Shown: piece by piece, positions 32,677 to 44,229 of the stretch | Position numbering within the stretch: the first letter of the stretch is position 1 | How the letters are laid out: every line of letters starts with the position of its first letter | Source: an uncultured Hormoscilla sp. | GTDB taxonomy: Bacteria > Cyanobacteriota > Cyanobacteriia > Cyanobacteriales > Desertifilaceae | DNA: 64,000 bases | Assembly: GCA_963921275.4 (NCBI GenBank) | Contig: OZ001293.3 | Location: forward strand, 4,672,001 to 4,736,000 | Direction: 5' to 3' | The notes under the pieces: generated by a model | Database searches by the model: none | The model's input: the letters and a program-made list of their open reading frames with translations, nothing else | What the model was told of the DNA's origin: nothing | Position numbers and translations under genes: made by a program

Positions 32677-33459
32677 TCATTCGCCTAACCCAGCTGACCG
32701 CAATGCCTGGGTCATCATCTCTTCTAATTGTAGCATCTTTGCCCAGCTAGCCAGATAGTCAAAATCAAGTGATTCCCCCTGAACCTTCAGCACTCCTAAA
32801 ATATCACGCCACTGGCGATCGGACATATTCTCCATCCGATCCAAAATTAGCTTTTGCAAAATGATGTCTTCTGCTGATGCCAACCAAATCGAGCGATCGG
32901 GGGATATCTCCAACCGCTGACGGCGCTGCATTTCCGACTGTGCCAAGGGTTCTTGCTTGTCAAGCACGAAAATATCTACTTTCTGCATGCTGTCTAGATG
33001 GATGATATTAAAAGAGGATTTCCCGGCAATTGCTGCTGTTACCATCATCTCATCAATATAGAATCCCTCGATTGTGGCTGCTATTAAAGACTGCACTTGG
33101 TTTTGCTGTAAATCGGCCACCAGATCTACATCTAGGGTAGCACGCGGTTCCCCCCAAATTGAACTGGCGACGGAACCGCCTATTAAGTAGGCAATTCCTA
33201 GACTCTCCAAAATCTCTGCCATTCTTAATGCTAACCCGATAGATTCAGCATCCATTATTTTCCTCTCATTATCTCGTTCCAGTCGATCGGCTATTTCTTT
33301 GCCCAACCATCTGACCGCTAGCTGCAAGCGGATCTCTGCTGGGGTAGCATCAGGATATTGATTTCGGATTCCAATTAGGGCCCATTGTTGAATTCTTTTA
33401 GTTACTTTGTCAATTAAATTCGCTTTGGCGATCCCAGGCATTTCCCGAAAAGCCTGCAA
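32677..33459 (-). CDS. Nucleotidyltransferase-like protein fused to a short N-terminal module; start uncertain
   Basis: IGGSVAS...EPRATLDVD, EDIILQKL, RQWRDILG. Confidence 0.6.
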   Translation of the reverse strand: MQAFREMPGIAKANLIDKVTKRIQQWALIGIRNQYPDATPAEIRLQLAVRWLGKEIADRLERDNERKIMDAESIGLALRMAEILESLGIAYLIGGSVASSIWGEPRATLDVDLVADLQQNQVQSLIAATIEGFYIDEMMVTAAIAGKSSFNIIHLDSMQKVDIFVLDKQEPLAQSEMQRRQRLEISPDRSIWLASAEDIILQKLILDRMENMSDRQWRDILGVLKVQGESLDFDYLASWAKMLQLEEMMTQALRSAGLGE

Positions 33460-33718
33460 GAGAAATCTTTCTATTTCTGGATGGGTATCTGCTGATTGGG
33501 GCTGGTATCTTGCTGGATCTCAAATTAAGTTGAAAAAGTTGGAAGCTAAAACCAAACCTGTGTCTGAAGTTCCAATAAATCCCATATTTGAAACCAGATT
33601 TAGACCACTTTATAATGCTATTTTCAGTTTACTAATGTGTGACTATGAAAAATAATAGGACAAATCTCTGAATTTTCGGAAGCAAATAGCTTGAGTCAAG
33701 TCTGTAAGCCTTTGCCTA

Positions 33719-34021
33719 CTAACCGGTGGTTCGTGCTCTTGGGTGCGGGGCGATCGCCTCTTTGGAAGGAACTGAGGGATCGTCGCTATGGGTATAACCG
33801 TAGATTACGTACAAACCGATGTTCATCAGATGTTCTACGGTTTCGATCATGTAGTCTCGAAATCTCTCGTCATAGGGCACCTCAAATTTATGTACTTCTT
33901 TCGTCAGGCGGGCGAAACTCCGCCCATCTAACCGGGCTACCATATATATTCCTGGAAGGACGCAGTGGTCGTGGGCCGTTTCATAGACCCGCATTTTGGC
34001 ATCTAATTCGTCAAATTTCAT
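33719..34021 (-). pseudogene. N-terminal fragment of a Thg1-like tRNA(His) guanylyltransferase
   Basis: RLDGRSF, PYDERF, GYTHSD, then an unrelated tail. Confidence 0.75.
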
Positions 34022-34027
34022 TTGAGA

Positions 34028-37006
34028 TCAATTCTGCAAAACCTGCTTTAAATATAGCCCAGTATAAGAGTTGGGATTCTCTGCCACTTCTTCGGGGGTG
34101 CCCACGGCAATTATCTCTCCGCCATTATCGCCCCCTTCTGGTCCTAAGTCAATTACCCAGTCGGCACAGCGAATCACATCTAAGTTATGTTCGATGACAA
34201 TAATCGAATTTCCTTTATCTACTAACCGCTGCAAGACATTTAACAGTTGATGGACATCATAAAAGGATAAACCCGTCGTCGGTTCGTCGATTAAATAGAG
34301 AGTCTTACCCGTGGCCCGACGGGATAACTCTGAGGCTAATTTCATCCGTTGTGCTTCCCCGCCGGAAAGGGTGGGGGCGGGTTGTCCTAACTGTATATAT
34401 CCTAACCCGACATCGACTAATGTTTGCAATTTTTTGGCAGCTTTGGGGATGTTTTCAAAGATTGATAATGCTTCTTCTACTGTCATGTCCAAAACGTCGG
34501 CGATCGCATGTCCTTTGTATTTCACTTGCAGGGTTTCCCGGTTGTATCGCGCCCCTTTACAAACTTCGCATTGTACGTAGACATCGGGCAGGAAGTTCAT
34601 CGAGATGATATTTATCCCTTGTCCGCTACAAGCTTCGCATCGGCCTCCTTTGACGTTAAAGGAAAATTGTCCCGGTTTGTAACCTCTTGCTTTTGCTTCA
34701 ATGGTTTCGGCAAATATGCCTCGAATGAGATCAAATACTCCTGTATAGGTGCCTGGGTTGGAACGGGGCGTTCTGCCAATGGGTGATTGGTCGATCGCGA
34801 TCGCCTTATCGATCGCCTCTATTCCTTGCAACCGCTTCATGTGCTTGGGGAAGGGAACTTTGCGGGTGAGATGATGTTGCAAGGTTGGGTAAAGTAACTC
34901 GTTAATTAAGGTCGATTTTCCCGAACCGGAAACTCCGGTAATGCTGACCAGTTTCCCTAGGGGGATTTCTACATTGATGTGCTTGAGGTTATTTTTGTGG
35001 CAATCTTGCAAACGCAGCGATCGCCCATTTCCTTCTCTTCTGTTCTTGGGCGTTTCAATAACTCGCCTCCCGGACAAATAAGCACCGGTCAGGGACTCTT
35101 CTGATGCTTGCAAATCTTGGAGAGTTCCTTGGACGACAATATTGCCCCCATGTACTCCCGCGCCGGGACCGATATCTACCAGGCGATCTGCTGCACGAAT
35201 GGTTTCTTCATCATGTTCTACTACAATTAAAGTATTGCCCAGATCCCGAAGTTTAATTAGGGTTTGCAGCAGACGCTGATTATCTCGTTGATGCAACCCG
35301 ATACTGGGTTCATCCAAAACATAGAGGACTCCCGTGAGTCCGGCACCAATTTGGGTGGCCAGGCGAATGCGCTGCGCTTCCCCTCCAGATAGGGTGGTGG
35401 CCGCCCGATCGAGTGTCAGGTAATCTAAACCCACGTCCAGGAGAAATCGCAGTCTCGCCGTAATTTCTTTGAGTGCCAATTCCCCAATTTTCGCCTGACG
35501 GGGGGAAAGATTTAGCTTGTTAATCCGTTCCAGACATTCGCCGATGGAAACCTTGGTAAGGTCCTGTATTCTCTCCTGTCCTAATCTTACCGCTAGGCTG
35601 GCGGGTTTGAGTCGCAATCCTTGACATTCGGCACAAGGTTTATTGATTAAATATTGTTCCAGCTTTTGCTTTTGCAATTCGGAACCCATTAACTTATACT
35701 GCCGGTCCAGCATGGGGATAACCCCTTTATACAAACCGTAGTAACCGCGATCTTCTTCTTCATCCACAGCAGTGTAAATGTAGATTTCCTCCTTGCTGCC
35801 ATAGAGGATAATCTCCTCTTGTGCTGCTGTTAGCTGGTTCCAGGATGTTTCCATTTCAAATCCATATTCTTCTGAAAGGCTGTAGAGTAGGGACAGATAA
35901 TAACTACTATCTTTCTCTACCCAAGGGGCGATCGCGCTATAGACGGGGGCATCGGGATAGGGCACGATTAATTCTGGAGAGAAGGTCCGCAAGCTACCCA
36001 AACCGTGACAATTTGGACAGGCCCCGTGGGGAGAATTAAAGGAAAACAGTCGCGGGGATAATTCTTCCATGACCGCCCCATGTTCGGGACAAGCAAAGTT
36101 TTCCGAAAAGACTATCGTTTCGTTCTCGTCTGAGTCCTCATTCAGGATTTCAATAATTGCCAGTCCCGACCCCTGACCCAGACAGGTACTCAAAGAGTCA
36201 TGCAACCGTTCGGTTATTTCCGGTTTCTTGATCAGGCGATCGACTACTATTTCAATGTTGTGAGTCTGATTTTTATTTAACTGGATATTTTCGTCTAGGC
36301 GCAGGACCTCCCCATCCACCCGGACTCTGACGAAACCTTGAGAAGCGAAGGATGAAAGTAACTTCTGGAAACTCCCCTTTTTGCCCCGGACTACCGGGGC
36401 CAGGATTTGGAAACGGGTTCCCTCGGGCAGGGTCATCACCCGATCACACATTTGGTCGATAGTTTCCGGCACAATAGATCGATCGCACTGAGGACAGTGA
36501 GGTTCTCCGACCCGCCCGAACAGTAGTCGGAGATAATCGTATATTTCTGTTACCGTTCCCACAGTCGATCGCGGGTTGTGGGAAGTAGACTTCTGGTCGA
36601 TAGAAATAGCCGGACTTAAACCCTCTATCGCATCTACATCGGGTTTATCCACTTGTCCCAGAAACTGCCGCGCGTAGGCGCTGAGAGATTCCACATAGCG
36701 GCGCTGTCCCTCGGCAAAGATCGTGTCGAAGGCCAGAGAAGATTTCCCCGAACCCGATACTCCTGTAAACACGATCAGGCGATCGCGGGGAAGTTCCAGG
36801 TCAATATTCTTCAGGTTATGCTGTCTGGCACCCCTTATTCTAATTGTATTCTCCCACTGTGTCCCCCCTTTTGTGCGGCTAGCGCACTGCGTATCCTGGG
36901 TAGTGCGAATAGCGCTCCCAGCATATGCAGCATCGGGGGACACAGTGGCGGCAGAATTTTCCTTGGCGGCGGGTAGTCGATCGGAAAGATTCACAAACTC
37001 TGACAT
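34028..37006 (-). CDS. uvrA: Excinuclease ABC subunit A
   Basis: Two GVSGSGKS motifs, LSGGEAQR, Zn fingers. Confidence 0.98.
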   Translation of the reverse strand: MSEFVNLSDRLPAAKENSAATVSPDAAYAGSAIRTTQDTQCASRTKGGTQWENTIRIRGARQHNLKNIDLELPRDRLIVFTGVSGSGKSSLAFDTIFAEGQRRYVESLSAYARQFLGQVDKPDVDAIEGLSPAISIDQKSTSHNPRSTVGTVTEIYDYLRLLFGRVGEPHCPQCDRSIVPETIDQMCDRVMTLPEGTRFQILAPVVRGKKGSFQKLLSSFASQGFVRVRVDGEVLRLDENIQLNKNQTHNIEIVVDRLIKKPEITERLHDSLSTCLGQGSGLAIIEILNEDSDENETIVFSENFACPEHGAVMEELSPRLFSFNSPHGACPNCHGLGSLRTFSPELIVPYPDAPVYSAIAPWVEKDSSYYLSLLYSLSEEYGFEMETSWNQLTAAQEEIILYGSKEEIYIYTAVDEEEDRGYYGLYKGVIPMLDRQYKLMGSELQKQKLEQYLINKPCAECQGLRLKPASLAVRLGQERIQDLTKVSIGECLERINKLNLSPRQAKIGELALKEITARLRFLLDVGLDYLTLDRAATTLSGGEAQRIRLATQIGAGLTGVLYVLDEPSIGLHQRDNQRLLQTLIKLRDLGNTLIVVEHDEETIRAADRLVDIGPGAGVHGGNIVVQGTLQDLQASEESLTGAYLSGRRVIETPKNRREGNGRSLRLQDCHKNNLKHINVEIPLGKLVSITGVSGSGKSTLINELLYPTLQHHLTRKVPFPKHMKRLQGIEAIDKAIAIDQSPIGRTPRSNPGTYTGVFDLIRGIFAETIEAKARGYKPGQFSFNVKGGRCEACSGQGINIISMNFLPDVYVQCEVCKGARYNRETLQVKYKGHAIADVLDMTVEEALSIFENIPKAAKKLQTLVDVGLGYIQLGQPAPTLSGGEAQRMKLASELSRRATGKTLYLIDEPTTGLSFYDVHQLLNVLQRLVDKGNSIIVIEHNLDVIRCADWVIDLGPEGGDNGGEIIAVGTPEEVAENPNSYTGLYLKQVLQN
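36854..36948. repeat. Palindromic micro-element in-frame in the uvrA N-terminus
   Basis: CCACTGTGTCCCCC...GGGGGACACAGTGG with TTTTGTGCGGCTAGCGC and GTAGTGCGAATAGCGCTC cores. Confidence 0.8.
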
Positions 37007-37050
37007 AACTATGTGGTTTCTTTATTCATTTTCCAATATACCACAACTGA

Positions 37051-37404
37051 TGGGATTCGGCAATCGCGATACGGCCCGCCAGGGGTTCAAAGAGCGACCA
37101 GGGGACACCGCCAGTATCTGCTATTAGCGGACTACCAGTCTGACGTTAACTGTCAGAAGTATCTGCCGCCTACCGAGACCGCGAGAGATGAACGCGGATG
37201 TCGATTCTAAATACAGCCCGGATGGGAAAATTTAAGGGCGAACGCGCAATTCTTGAGTATTGTCGATATCTCTGTCAGAGCTCTTGTCCCAGGGAACATA
37301 CGGCGCAGGAGACATCGAGTCGAGATATCTCGCCAGGGCAGCCAGTTAAGATTAACATCGGAGAGTACGTCCAAGCATCGGCTAGCTTAAAAACACAGAC
37401 ATGA
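37051..37404 (+). pseudogene. glgP: C-terminal remnant of glycogen phosphorylase
   Basis: YLLLADYQS..NCQ and MSILNTARMGKF; interrupted by a palindromic element near 37264-37317. Confidence 0.65.
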
Positions 37405-37994
37405 ACAATCAACCAAGTAAACTGATAGTGTTGACAGGACCGAGTGGAGTCGGCAAAGGAACATTAGTGTATCGGCTGCTGGAACGTCATCCACAACTAT
37501 TTCTGTCAGTTTCCATGACTACCCGTTCCCCCCGTCCTTGTGAAATTGAGGAGAAACATTATTACTTTGTCAGTCCCAGGGAGTTTGAGCAAAAGGTGGA
37601 GGCGTCCGAACTGCTGGAATGGGCTGAATATGCCGGTAACTACTACGGAACTCCCCGGCGAGTGGTAGAGGAGTTACTCCGACAAGGCAACTCAGTCCTG
37701 CTAGAAATAGAACTAGAAGGGGCCAGACAGATCGCCGCTAGTTTTCCAGAAGCCCTGAGAATCTTTATTTTACCGCCATCAATGTCCGAGTTAGAAAGAC
37801 GCCTGCGCCGCCGGTCCAGCGAAGACGATGGGGCGATCGCCCGACGCTTGGAACGGGCGATCGTCGAAATTGCCGCCGCCGATGAATTTAACCTGCAGAT
37901 TATCAACGACGATCTAGAAACGACCATAGCGGAGATCGAAGCCGTTCTCCACCAGAATTGCGTAGGACGGGCGTCCAGCCTGTCCGAGACGTAG
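37401..37994 (+). CDS. gmk: Guanylate kinase
   Basis: GPSGVGKGT, SVSMTTRSPR, GNYYGTP. Confidence 0.95.
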   Translation: MNNQPSKLIVLTGPSGVGKGTLVYRLLERHPQLFLSVSMTTRSPRPCEIEEKHYYFVSPREFEQKVEASELLEWAEYAGNYYGTPRRVVEELLRQGNSVLLEIELEGARQIAASFPEALRIFILPPSMSELERRLRRRSSEDDGAIARRLERAIVEIAAADEFNLQIINDDLETTIAEIEAVLHQNCVGRASSLSET

Positions 37995-38189
37995 CGGGCG
38001 TCCCGCCTGTCCGTTATACCCGTCAAGCTAGGCCCAAAGCATACAAAAACACCTTTGGGCAACCTTACCCAAAGGCGAAAGATGTTGATTTGAGAAGTGT
38101 TCGGGAATTATATAGCCCTTAACAGTTTTTTGATGTATTTCCTCTGGACTCCCGAAACCAAGAGAGTATCAACAAAACCCACAAGGCTT

Positions 38190-38234
38190 TCGATGTCTCT
38201 GGGGAGCTCTACTCGCACTACCCCAGAGACATCG
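38190..38234. repeat. Palindromic micro-element downstream of psaJ
   Basis: TCGATGTCTCTGGGG-AGCTCTACTCGCACTA-CCCCAGAGACATCGA. Confidence 0.8.
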
Positions 38235-38245
38235 ATGGCTAATTC

Positions 38246-38371
38246 CTATAGGGGATGGAACAGCAGGTCGGGGAAAAAGCGGTTAAACTCAATCAGAATA
38301 CCAGCCGTGATCGTCATCCAAACTGCCAGAATCACTGGCGCGAGGGAAAGATACTTGAGTAAATCCTGCAT
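38246..38371 (-). CDS. psaJ: Photosystem I subunit IX (not in the ORF track)
   Basis: Hand translation [41 protein letters not shown]; directly downstream of psaF. Confidence 0.95.
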   Translation of the reverse strand: MQDLLKYLSLAPVILAVWMTITAGILIEFNRFFPDLLFHPL

Positions 38372-38404
38372 GATTTATTCTCCAAAAAATACCACAAACA
38401 GAGA

Positions 38405-38899
38405 CTAGCGGGGGGAAATGGGGATTTCGTTGTCAGAGGCAAACATTTCACCAGAGACAATGTCTTTGAAAGCTGCTAAAGGCCACATAGGACCGGTTGC
38501 CACGCACTTGAGTGCCAAAGATACATCAATGATGATTTCTTTTTCTTCAGGGTTCTTCTCTGAGCGAATTGCCATCAGATAGGCCCGACCGACCCAACCA
38601 ATCCAACCGGTGATGTAGAGGAACAGAATGCTGGGAATCAGGAAATCACCAGCATGAGAGAAACGCCCATCCACAATCAGGTGGGGGAGTCCATCTTCGC
38701 CGCAGAGAGCTTGAGCATAACGATCGAACCGCGCCGCCCCGGAATTTGGGTCAGCGGTAGTATTCAGAGCATCTTCGGCCCGATCCTGAAACTCCTCTGA
38801 TTGACTGCACGGTACCAAACCGGCAATATCGGCAGTAGCCGCTGGGACGCAACCAACCCAGAGACTAACGATCAATAGTAGAGCAAACAATCGTCGCAT
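38405..38899 (-). CDS. psaF: Photosystem I subunit III
   Basis: [42 protein letters not shown]. Confidence 0.97.
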   Translation of the reverse strand: MRRLFALLLIVSLWVGCVPAATADIAGLVPCSQSEEFQDRAEDALNTTADPNSGAARFDRYAQALCGEDGLPHLIVDGRFSHAGDFLIPSILFLYITGWIGWVGRAYLMAIRSEKNPEEKEIIIDVSLALKCVATGPMWPLAAFKDIVSGEMFASDNEIPISPR

Positions 38900-39027
38900 G
38901 GAATTGTTTCCTTTTGTTAAGAAATACCAACAAGGTGTGCTATGGAAAGGAATCATACTCGATCGCGGGATCGAAGTAAAGTTTAACTTTGTACAACAGC
39001 CAATCCATTCCCATAAATTACCAGATA

Positions 39028-40068
39028 ATGGCTACTATTCTAGCAATTGAAACCAGTTGTGACGAAACGGCGGTGGCAATCGTAAACAATCGTAACGTTT
39101 TAAGTAGCATCGTGGGACTGCAAAGTTATTTGCACCGGCCGTATGGTGGAGTAGTGCCGGAGGTGGCGTCGCGCCGTCACCTGGAAACGATCAATGGGGC
39201 GATCGCCCAAGGGTTGCAAGCAGCAGATCTAGACTGGTCTAGTATAGATGGAGTGGCAGCAACCTGCGCGCCAGGGTTGGTGGGGGCCCTGTTGGTGGGG
39301 TTAACGGCGGCGAAAACTCTGGCAATGGTGCATCAAAAGCCGTTTCTGGGAGTCCACCATCTGGAAGGACATATCTATGCTTCCTATCTGAATACGCCAG
39401 AGTTAACACCACCGTTCTTGTGTCTGCTGGTTTCTGGCGGTCACACCAGCTTGATTTACGTGCGCGATTGTGGTATGTATGAAACAATTGGGCAAACCCG
39501 GGATGATGCGGCCGGGGAAGCTTTTGATAAGGTCGCGCGGTTATTGGATTTGGGATATCCCGGCGGTCCGGCGATCGACTCCCTGGCCCGCGAGGGCAAT
39601 GGGCAAGCCTTTCGGCTAGCCGAAGGAAAGGTATCTCTGACAACCGGCGGCTATCATCCCTATGATTCCAGCTTTAGTGGCTTAAAGACAGCAGTATTGC
39701 GGTTGGTGCAGCAATTAAAGCAAGAGTCGGAGGAGTTGCCAGTTGCAGACATAGCGGCCAGCTTTCAGCATACTGTGGCCAAAGCACTAACCAAAAGGGC
39801 GATCGCCGCTGCCCTAGACTACGGACTGAATACCATTGCCGTGGGTGGGGGAGTGGCAGCTAATAGTGGTCTGCGCTATCATTTACAAGCTGCTGGGGCA
39901 AGTCATAATTTGCGGGTCTTGTTTCCACCCCGAGCATTATGTACTGATAATGCGGCGATGATTGCCTGTGCCGCAGCAGATCATCTCCAGCGCGGACATC
40001 AATCTCCCTTGACTCTGTCAGCCCAGTCCCGGATGGCGATCGGCACCGTCATGGACTTGTACCGATGA
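39028..40068 (+). CDS. tsaD: tRNA N6-threonylcarbamoyltransferase
   Basis: [37 protein letters not shown]. Confidence 0.97.
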   Translation: MATILAIETSCDETAVAIVNNRNVLSSIVGLQSYLHRPYGGVVPEVASRRHLETINGAIAQGLQAADLDWSSIDGVAATCAPGLVGALLVGLTAAKTLAMVHQKPFLGVHHLEGHIYASYLNTPELTPPFLCLLVSGGHTSLIYVRDCGMYETIGQTRDDAAGEAFDKVARLLDLGYPGGPAIDSLAREGNGQAFRLAEGKVSLTTGGYHPYDSSFSGLKTAVLRLVQQLKQESEELPVADIAASFQHTVAKALTKRAIAAALDYGLNTIAVGGGVAANSGLRYHLQAAGASHNLRVLFPPRALCTDNAAMIACAAADHLQRGHQSPLTLSAQSRMAIGTVMDLYR

Positions 40069-40124
40069 CGGAAAACCAAAAATGTTATCAGCAAAAATGT
40101 CTGCCACAAAGTTGGCAGCGGCTT

Positions 40125-40302
40125 CGATATCTTCTGGGATCTCGATGTCTCCCGGTCGCTCGATGTCCCCCGGGGCGAGGTGTCTCCTGAGAGCGCTAAT
40201 CGCACAAAAGGGGAGACACCTCGCGCTAATCGCACAAAAGGGGGACATCGTAGTCGCACAACTCCGGGGAGACATCGTACCCGCACAAAAGAGAAGATAT
40301 CG
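40125..40302. repeat. Four palindromic micro-elements nested inside one another
   Basis: Concentric arms CGATATCTTC/GAAGATATCG, CGATGTCTCCC/GGGAGACATCG, CGATGTCCCC/GGGGACATCG, GAGGTGTCTCC/GGAGACACCTC. Confidence 0.85.
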
Positions 40303-40523
40303 CTGACTGACCGCATGACCGCGTCCTTGAGGTCAAAACCATGAAATTTGCGGTTATGAACCTCGCCATTGAGGTTTTGGACATGAAATTTTTGGTTATG
40401 AAGCTGACCCGCTGTTTTCCCCGAGAGCGCTACTGGCACAAAAGGGGGAACACAGAAGGTAAACGGGGTTTGGTGTAATCTCAAATGTACGTGATTGGGT
40501 CGTAGCCAAAAAGGAAAAAAGCA

Positions 40524-41147
40524 ATGAACGATACTACGGCATTCTTGTCGGGATGCGCGATCGCAGCAGTGGCAACCTTTGTCATCATGGATAAAGGGAA
40601 TAATCTCGATTGCGCCAACCGTGGCCTTGGCAGCAATGTGCCTTCTATGAATCAAACCCTGCCCCCCACTCCTCTGCCACCACCGCCATCGGTTAATCCA
40701 CAACAGCCCCAGGCCGATAGCCAATTACAACAGCAACTGACGGAAAATCAACAGCTAAAATCTCAGCTGCAGCAGCAAGGTACTGAGGTGGAACAGCTAA
40801 AATCTCAGCTGGATAAGCAATGGATGGAAACTCAACAGCTGCTGCTGCAAATGCAAGCCCAGCAGGGTAGGCCAAAAGCAGCGGATTCATCTTTGCCTGA
40901 TTCTCGCACGATCGTCCTCTGGGTGCTGGGAGCCTCTGTGCTTGTCCTGGGCATTGGTGGTAGCATCATTATTATAGTCGTGCTACTGGCTATGTTTGCG
41001 CAATCACAGCAGCGTTATTACCCCACGGCTCATGTGGTTCATCCCTTTAATGTAAGTTCTTCGCCGCGCCGCGTCTATGAACGCCAGTCTAGGTACTTAT
41101 TCCCCTATACTAAAGTTAGAGGAACCTCCGACCTGGATGATGATTAA
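40524..41147 (+). CDS. Membrane-anchored Gln-rich coiled-coil hypothetical protein
   Basis: N-terminal hydrophobic segment, Pro/Gln-rich coiled coil, second TM segment. Confidence 0.65.
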   Translation: MNDTTAFLSGCAIAAVATFVIMDKGNNLDCANRGLGSNVPSMNQTLPPTPLPPPPSVNPQQPQADSQLQQQLTENQQLKSQLQQQGTEVEQLKSQLDKQWMETQQLLLQMQAQQGRPKAADSSLPDSRTIVLWVLGASVLVLGIGGSIIIIVVLLAMFAQSQQRYYPTAHVVHPFNVSSSPRRVYERQSRYLFPYTKVRGTSDLDDD

Positions 41148-41201
41148 TGTTGTTAGTTGTTAGTTGACCACCGACCACTGACCACTGATCACTGATCACT
41201 T

Positions 41202-42600
41202 TCAATCAAAAGGTCTGTATTCTATACTGAAATATAAGCCATTTTCTTGTAAAGTTCTCCGATTTTGCAGGAGATTCCCCAAGGGGATACCCCAATCAAA
41301 ACGTGCTGTCAACTTGCGTGCTACTTCCAAGCGCAAACCCATCCCTACGGAATAGAGATTGTTTGGTTCTGGGTTGGCCCGATCGCTATTCCAGCCCGTA
41401 CCTATTTCAAAGAATGGTGTAAACTGCAAAACTGTATCCCATTCTGAAATTCGGCAGATCGGGAGGCGGGCTTCTACGGAGGCAAAAATGCCATTATCGG
41501 CGAGGATGGCATCCTGACGATAGCCCCGGACGCTGTTTATGCCCCCCAAGCCAAACTTTTCGATCGGCAGTAATGTTTCTGGTGCCAGTTGCACGTCCGC
41601 TCTTAATAATAGGGCTGCATCTCGTCCCAGCACGCGCAAATATTGTAGCTGACCCCGCCAAGAAAAGAACCGACTGTCCGGAGGTTCGTCGTTGACCGTA
41701 GCTGCAAAGGCACCTATTCCTACCGAAAATTGCGATCGGACTGCGAATACTTCTTCCCGTCCCCGGTCCGTCCATTGTTGAAAGAAGCGGATAGCGGTAA
41801 CTCTGGTTTCCCCATCCTTATTCGCTCCCGGAGATAGAGGGAAAGGTGCGTCCAGTAGTCGCGTGTCACTCTCTCTTCTGGCAGCTATTAACCCTAGGGC
41901 CAATTCTTTGGTAGGAGTTTCAATCAGCGGTTGGCGATAACTGATTTCATAGTCCCGGGAGTTTGACTCGATATCCAACTGGTCAAATGGTTCCTCAAGC
42001 ACTTCGATCTCTGAGCTTTTGAAGAATAATCCCAAAGTTCCATTGCTAGCATTAATTGGTATCCTGTAGCTAGCTTCATCCAGGGCGTTGCTACCATCTG
42101 TGTTAGTATAGCTGAGGGTTAGGGCGTCCCCCAGTCCTAATAAAGAAGCCTCCCTGAGGAGCACTTGACGCCGATCTGTTCCTACACTTGGTACCCGCCC
42201 GTTATCCAGTGTCAATACTGTCGAAAATGTTGGTGCTGATGTCACCTCTATTTCTAACAGGCTAGTACCGCTACGGGTTCCCGCTGCCAACTCTGCCGAC
42301 AGATTTTCGATCAGCGGGTTTAGTTGCAGCAATTGCAGCGCTTGCACTGATCTATCTACCTGTAGAGGGGTTTTCGCTCCCAATTCTACCCGACTGCGGA
42401 CGTAACCCGGGTGCAGTCGCCCTTTCACCTGCACATCTATCTCTTCTACTTTTCCTATAACTGCTATTTCCACTACTCCCTCTTGCATAGTTTGGGGCGG
42501 TAGGAATGCCCCTGAGGTGATGTATCCCCGATCGACGTAGTATTTAGTGATCTCATCTAATTTGTCTGGGGATCCTACTTCCGGCTGCGTGACGGCAAGT
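41202..42600 (-). pseudogene. ShlB/FhaC (TpsB) outer-membrane transporter, 5'-truncated
   Basis: YVDRGYITSGAFLPPQ upstream of the ORF-track start, GGINSVRGY, C-terminal GLYFSI; no signal peptide or complete POTRA1. Confidence 0.75.
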
Positions 42601-44229
42601 TATCCGATTTCCAGATAATTGCCGTCACGCCAAGATAACTAATAGGGCAGAAAAAGCTCAGATAGGGATATGGGTGCATCTCAATGCATGCGCTTTGGCA
42701 ATAATTATCGCTAATTGCTAATTGCTCCCTTGCATTTAGTAAACTTGAAAGTCTCGCACAGAGCTAGTTTTCTCAATCTATAAATAATGATATCGTGATG
42801 ATCTATAATCGGCAATATAAAATCTCAAATAATATTATTTATTTTCTGCAAATCACCAGATGCTCCCTTCCTCTACAGTCCACAAGCGTATTTTTGTTGC
42901 TGTCATCGAATTATCATCCTTTGTTTGCACATAAATGCGATCGCTCGTTTCCTATAGGATATCATATCATGGTATAGCAAGTCTAAATCATTTGTGCAAA
43001 CATTTTGGGGTATAGCGCGAGTTTCCCGCTCCCCTCTCCCTGCTCCCTGCTCTGAGCTTATTGCACGACTCCTGCACGACTCACTATAGCTATATTAGGG
43101 GGCGGTTTCAGGACAATTATATTGATGACCGCTCTCCCGAGGGGAAAGGTGAGTGTATTCTGGGTAGTGGGAGTATGATGTCTCCCGGGAGACATCATAC
43201 TCCCAGAATACACCGAGAGGGAGTATGTCCAGAGTAGTATAATAGATAAGGCAAGCAAAAACTTTGAAAATAACCTCCTGTCGAACCCGCGCATAACTGA
43301 ATAATTACTGACTCCCATGGCAGAACATCTTGATGCTATACTAGAGCAGCAAGCTCTTCCCCTACTAATGCAAGCAGGTGAAAGAGCAATGCTAGCTCGA
43401 CTGCGCTCTGGCAATATCACCAGACATGATATTGAGTTCTATGTTTCGACGAACGGGGGACTAAAAAAGCCCAGAAAGAAGCAATACAGTTCCGAGGAGT
43501 TACCGAAAGGGATTTATTTCATCCCGACCTTATCCGCCAAGATCCAGAATTGTTTCCTGATAATTGAAGAGAGGAATAATCAATTAAAAATTAATAATTA
43601 ATAATTATCAAATTGAAAATAAGGCTCTCAGCTTTTCGACCTATGCAATTTAAATGCGCGACAGCTTATGAGTTTTGCTCACCTGAGACTTAACAACATC
43701 AAACAGGAGCAATCCTTAGTAGAATACCTCGTCGAGTCTTTTGACTTTAGGAAATGGGAAGAAATTGGCAAGCTTGAAATCGCTGGCAAAAAAATCTAAT
43801 TTTCGACCAGCAAAGATATGGAGCGATCACGCGCTCTTCCCCCCAGAAATATACGGTCTGGATGAAACGAGAACAGATTATTAAATCAAAATATCGAGAT
43901 TACGGTTGGGATCCATCATTGGGCAGTATCGTTTATTAAGCAAGATTCATTTCCAGAATATCATCCCTCCTCTTTCTTTCCCACTCGAAATCCCAAGAAT
44001 ATAGTAACAGATAAAGTAGAGAAAAAGCGAGCGATTGCCTATTAATTTTTGACAACAGCTATTAGGATGGGGCGGTTTCAGGACAATTGACGATCGCCCT
44101 GGTAAGAGCGGTAGTTTATTATCCTGAGGAAAGGTAAGGACTAAAGTCCTTACTACGAACGATTTGCTTCGATGCCTCCCGAGGGAAGGTAAGGACTTTA
44201 GTCCTTACTACGAACGATTTGCTTCGATG

